DNA of 20,000 bases, from the IMG/VR virus record IMGVR_UViG_3300044843_001040, positions 51,717 through 71,716 of that record. One strand, 5' to 3'. The DNA comes from an uncultured virus (IMG/VR IMGVR_UViG_3300044843_001040) (Duplodnaviria; Heunggongvirae; Uroviricota; Caudoviricetes). The notes beneath the pieces are model-generated. The model ran no database searches and was not told the origin of the DNA. It saw only the letters and a list, made by a program, of their open reading frames with translations. Position 1 is the stretch's first letter. The number at the start of each line of letters is the position of its first letter. The translations under genes and the position numbers were made by a program. Positions 16,646 through 20,000 of this stretch are shown piece by piece.

Positions 16646-17778
16646 AAAATTTCGCATCTAGTAAGAATTGTTTCTTTAATGGATTTGAATTCTTGGTGAG
16701 CCTTGACTGTGGCTTTAATTTGGTATTGCTGCCCCTCTTGCAAATCTTTAGAGGTAGAGGTTAACCATACTAAAATGTTACCAGCAGGGTCATGAAAAAT
16801 ATATTTATTGGTCCAACCATAATTTCCAGAAAACCCGGTCACCTTTTTAAGGTTGAGAGTAAAAACACTTCTATCATTTACTAATCCAACAAATTGAGAT
16901 TCTTTTTTAAACTGTAACTGTTTAACTTGACGTAAATATGAAGAAATAATACTAACACTATATCCAATAGTTCTAACTCCAACCATTCCAGAACGAGCAA
17001 TGGCTCTAATGTTATAGAGATAATCAGAGTTTTCTACTTCTTCATCAGACAGATTTTCTACCCAATTAATAGCTTGTTCTGCTAACTCTCGATCTTCAGT
17101 CGACACCGGAAATAAACCATAAGTGCTATCTTGTAATAGATTATATTCTACTACGGTAGCCGTAGCTAGTTTTCCAGTTTCTTTAGCTTCAGTCTTAGAC
17201 ATCCATCCACATTCTCTAATACAAGCTGCCGCTTGCGCTAAGACATGGTTTAAATAATAAATGCCTTCATTATTTTCAAAATTATTGTGACGAGCACCTT
17301 CCATAAAGGAAATTAATTCGCCGACCAAGGCAGCTTGCTGCAAGATATTATCAGGAGAATTTCCTCCTAGAAAATCTTTAATACAAGAAGATCCTACTTG
17401 CAATGCCTCACAAGTAGCATCATGTCGTACAACGTAAGTATCTTTGCGATATCTTTTAACATTACAATGTTCGCAAGCGCTACCGGAAGTACGATATTGA
17501 AGAGGAATTTCATAATCATTAGTAATGGCTCTAATGATATTTTCTCCGGTAGGAAGATGCTGTAAGGTAGCAATAAACTCCCAACCATCATAAGACACTT
17601 GAAAAGGTCCAGTTAATTCGCAAGGCAAGCATAGTTTATCTTGCTCTAAGAATGCTTTACCCCAGGTAATGGAAACGGGCTCCAGTTTTAATTTTAGAGC
17701 CCGCTTATTTAATTTCTCAATTTTTTGCTCCACGATGCTTTGGTTAGCGACCGGGACAATAAAAGAACGTGTAGTCAT
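16642..17778 (-). CDS. Zn-ribbon plus C-terminal OB-fold-like nucleic-acid-binding protein
   Basis: CEHC...QVGSSC putative Zn ligands; beta-rich C-terminus (YGW...YIFHDPAGNILVW...IKATVKAH...TILTR). Confidence 0.6.
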   Translation of the reverse strand: MTTRSFIVPVANQSIVEQKIEKLNKRALKLKLEPVSITWGKAFLEQDKLCLPCELTGPFQVSYDGWEFIATLQHLPTGENIIRAITNDYEIPLQYRTSGSACEHCNVKRYRKDTYVVRHDATCEALQVGSSCIKDFLGGNSPDNILQQAALVGELISFMEGARHNNFENNEGIYYLNHVLAQAAACIRECGWMSKTEAKETGKLATATVVEYNLLQDSTYGLFPVSTEDRELAEQAINWVENLSDEEVENSDYLYNIRAIARSGMVGVRTIGYSVSIISSYLRQVKQLQFKKESQFVGLVNDRSVFTLNLKKVTGFSGNYGWTNKYIFHDPAGNILVWLTSTSKDLQEGQQYQIKATVKAHQEFKSIKETILTRCEIL

Positions 17779-17809
17779 TATGTCTGGTTTCCTAAATTAA
17801 TCTTAACTC

Positions 17810-17877
17810 CGCTGCATTCCTACTTAGGGAGCAGCGAAAAAATTTAGTCGCTGGGAGCGGTGGCAAGAAACGTGCCA
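17810..17877. promoter_or_regulatory. tripartite element copy 3
   Basis: CGCTGC/GCAGCG hairpin 17810-17836; box 17839-17856; TGGCAAGAAACGTGCCA 17861-17877, which has GG-N10-GC on both strands (TGGCACGTTTCTTGC on minus). Confidence 0.75.
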
Positions 17878-17918
17878 AGATTGTTGGCGTCAAATTAACT
17901 CTAATCCTAGATTAATAG

Positions 17919-18233
17919 TTAACATGTTTCCTCTTGGTCATTGACCAAGTAAGTCACATATTCTCGTTCTTTACTTACTGCTGGATTAATTAGGATTTCG
18001 TAATAAATAGTATTCTTATCAGAATTAATTCCTTCAAATTCTCTCTCAGCCAAAATGACAAAACCCATTGTTCCAATCATCCAACGATCAACATCAGTTG
18101 ATAATTTATTAATATAATCTAAAATTGTTTGACGAATCTCTTCGTCTTTACCTAGAAAAGATGTATTATGTTTTGATAAAAATTTAACCGCCGCCTCTAA
18201 TTCAGCTTTTGAATAATTAATTTCAATTTCCAT
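17919..18233 (-). CDS. hypothetical protein
   Basis: 104-aa ORF overlapping the upstream stop. Confidence 0.7.
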   Translation of the reverse strand: MEIEINYSKAELEAAVKFLSKHNTSFLGKDEEIRQTILDYINKLSTDVDRWMIGTMGFVILAEREFEGINSDKNTIYYEILINPAVSKEREYVTYLVNDQEETC

Positions 18234-18441
18234 CTGAATGGTCTTTCAATTTTTTCTGAAAATCTTCCCAACAAGAATCACAAGCCCAAGTTTGATAAGC
18301 TCCCAATTTCATTTGTTGACCAGCTAATGCGGTAGGATAAGTAATCCATCTTATAGTACTAGGCTTACAACAAGTATATTCTTGCCCATGACAAGGATGA
18401 TGTGATTGATTTTCAATATATCCGCAACGACAAGCTGTCAT
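18223..18441 (-). CDS. small Cys/His-rich putative Zn-binding protein
   Basis: CRC, HPCH, CC, CDSC; ATGA overlap with the upstream gene. Confidence 0.65.
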   Translation of the reverse strand: MTACRCGYIENQSHHPCHGQEYTCCKPSTIRWITYPTALAGQQMKLGAYQTWACDSCWEDFQKKLKDHSDGN

Positions 18442-18626
18442 TGAAAAGTGACCTTTACTACTTTATCATGATCAATTTCAACACAAACCCGATCAGATCT
18501 AGTATCTTCAGGATAATCAAAATATGATTTATCATTGATTCTAATCAATCTGAAAATTAGATTTTGTTGCTCTGCTTTATTTTGTGCCGCCTTTTTTGTT
18601 AATCCTAAATAATCTTCGCTTTTCAT
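18438..18626 (-). CDS. putative potato-inhibitor-I / I78-like serine protease inhibitor fold
   Basis: YLGLT..AA...A.....FRLI......EDTRSDRVCVEIDHDKVVKV follows the GL...A...R....D.R.DRv.v....g.V pattern; AAGGA SD. Confidence 0.5.
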   Translation of the reverse strand: MKSEDYLGLTKKAAQNKAEQQNLIFRLIRINDKSYFDYPEDTRSDRVCVEIDHDKVVKVTFQ

Positions 18627-18636
18627 TTTTTTCCTT

Positions 18637-19719
18637 TCACTTTAACAAATTGTATCCTTGACCAATTATTTTTAATTGTAATCTGCCATTAAGTCGTGGC
18701 TCAAATCTCTCATGAAGAGGAACTATTACGGCGCCTTCTCTAACATGTTTAGAGTTAAGAGTAGACATTCCTTCGGCAAATTGATAGGCGTGCTCTTTTC
18801 CTAACCAGGGGCCACGATATAATTCTGGAGCCGGAGACAATTCCAGTTGATTGATTTTATCAACTCTTTCTTGATAATCTAAATACCTATTATTATGAGC
18901 ATCATAAACATCAAAGAAATGAACTGTAGTATGTAATTTACCATCTTTAATACTAGAATCATATCTAAATCCTTTGACTTGTCCAATAGCCTCTCCAAAG
19001 AAGACTAGTTTGGGAAACTTAGATAGTTTTTCTTCTAAATTATACCTGAGAGCAAGATCCCACCACATATCATCCGGGTCTAATTTTTTATAAAAATTTC
19101 TAGATTTAACCCATAAACGCTGACCATCATAGCAAAAAGCTGCATTACTTCCATGTAATTTTTCTGTAATGGTAATCTCTTCTTGAGGACGAAAACAATT
19201 AATATACTTCCGAATTCCTTCAATATCATAATAAGGAATGGCCCAGTTAGTTGGAGGTTTCTCAGCATTACTATTTTTAAATTTAGTAATATTCTCTTCT
19301 TCCTCTTCTACTACCTTTTTTAGGTTAAGGACTTCTACTAGAGAATCTCCTTCTTGTAGGTGAGGTGGGGCTGGAACTAACATTCCCTGAGAATAAACAT
19401 TTCTAATTTTCTTAGCTTTAATTACTCGATTCTTTTCTGGAACAGAGCCAAGAGGATATTTCATCCCATTGGGTCGAGTTTTAATTTCTCCATTTTCTTC
19501 ATATTTCTCTATATTTTTAGGAGATAGAAAATAGAATTGTTCTGTATCTGGAACAATAGTATCGATAGCAATATAACCTACTAATTGGTTGAGATGGTAG
19601 TCTTCTGTTTTTACCACGACTGGATAGTCGGACATTACGGTGGCAATAGAGAGACTATCTGCATTAGGATGTTTTTCTAACTTTTCTATTCGACAAACTT
19701 GACAATTCCAATCTGACAT
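18637..19719 (-). CDS. RNA ligase, DRB0094/Rnl5-like (N-terminal OB domain + nucleotidyltransferase)
   Basis: HPNADSL, KIRNVYSQGML, motif I TEKLHGSN, FFGE, FFDV, REGAV, LKII. Confidence 0.9.
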   Translation of the reverse strand: MSDWNCQVCRIEKLEKHPNADSLSIATVMSDYPVVVKTEDYHLNQLVGYIAIDTIVPDTEQFYFLSPKNIEKYEENGEIKTRPNGMKYPLGSVPEKNRVIKAKKIRNVYSQGMLVPAPPHLQEGDSLVEVLNLKKVVEEEEENITKFKNSNAEKPPTNWAIPYYDIEGIRKYINCFRPQEEITITEKLHGSNAAFCYDGQRLWVKSRNFYKKLDPDDMWWDLALRYNLEEKLSKFPKLVFFGEAIGQVKGFRYDSSIKDGKLHTTVHFFDVYDAHNNRYLDYQERVDKINQLELSPAPELYRGPWLGKEHAYQFAEGMSTLNSKHVREGAVIVPLHERFEPRLNGRLQLKIIGQGYNLLK

Positions 19720-19739
19720 AATTCACCTGTATCGCAAAA

Positions 19740-19758
19740 TTTACCCACGTTGCACTTA
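19740..19758 (-). promoter_or_regulatory. 19-bp intergenic motif, copy 2 (TTTACCCACGTTGCACTTA on +)
   Basis: 17/19 identical to 5118..5136; about 20 nt upstream of the RNA ligase start. Confidence 0.5.
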
Positions 19759-19858
19759 CTAAGTAATTTTAAATATTTATTATTTAATTTCGTTATGATA
19801 TAAAGTTACTAAATAATTATTAGCGTCTATACAATTTATCTTTACGGTTTTATATTCA

Positions 19859-20000
19859 GTATTTATTTCAATACTTAATACAGTTAATAGTTGATTATCT
19901 TTCTTACTAAGAACTGAATCATGAGAGTGAAGTCTCTTGATTCAGTTCTTAGTAAGAAAGATAATCAACTATTAACTGTATTAAGTATTGAAATAAATAC
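19859..20000. repeat. long perfect inverted repeat (arms of at least 63 bp, 16-nt imperfect centre), running to the window edge
   Basis: 19859-19921 is the exact reverse complement of 19938-20000; centre TGAGAGTGAAGTCTCT adds GAGA/TCTC pairs after a T-T mismatch. Confidence 0.95.

Noticed and set aside
4404..19268. Nested alternative-frame minus ORFs 4404, 7914, 17394 and 19080
   Set aside because: Wholly inside motif-bearing genes, with no recognisable features.
1..20000. Stop-codon reassignment, as seen in some large phages
   Set aside because: Known enzymes are full length under code 11, and TAG, TGA and TAA all end genes at tight junctions.

Overview
AT-rich, densely packed window with almost all genes on the minus strand, many overlapping or translationally coupled, and Shine-Dalgarno-like motifs. 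By inference it is the accessory/host-takeover region of a large (jumbo-type) bacteriophage, although no virion or replication hallmark genes are present to prove this. Recognisable genes: a partial P-loop kinase, a T5-FEN/T4-RNase H-type 5'-3' exonuclease, a truncated protein kinase, a Cys-rich putative Fe-S protein, a SpoU/TrmH methyltransferase, a class I/II PLP aminotransferase, a class II lysyl-tRNA synthetase, an AAA+ ATPase, an M50 site-2 protease, two winged-helix-like proteins sharing RGAHGG, a Zn-ribbon/OB-fold protein and a DRB0094-type RNA ligase. The most unusual structures are: (1) an array of nine paralogous 'HREDGPA' 23-aa repeat genes built as cap + n x 23 + cap, with a protease gene inside it and a vestigial copy at its end; (2) a tripartite intergenic element found three times (hairpin + identical 18-bp box AAAATTTAGTCGCTGGGA + sigma54-consensus site); (3) a second 19-bp intergenic motif; (4) a perfect inverted repeat with arms of at least 63 bp at the right edge that removes the start of an ORF, either a hairpin end or a fold-back artefact.
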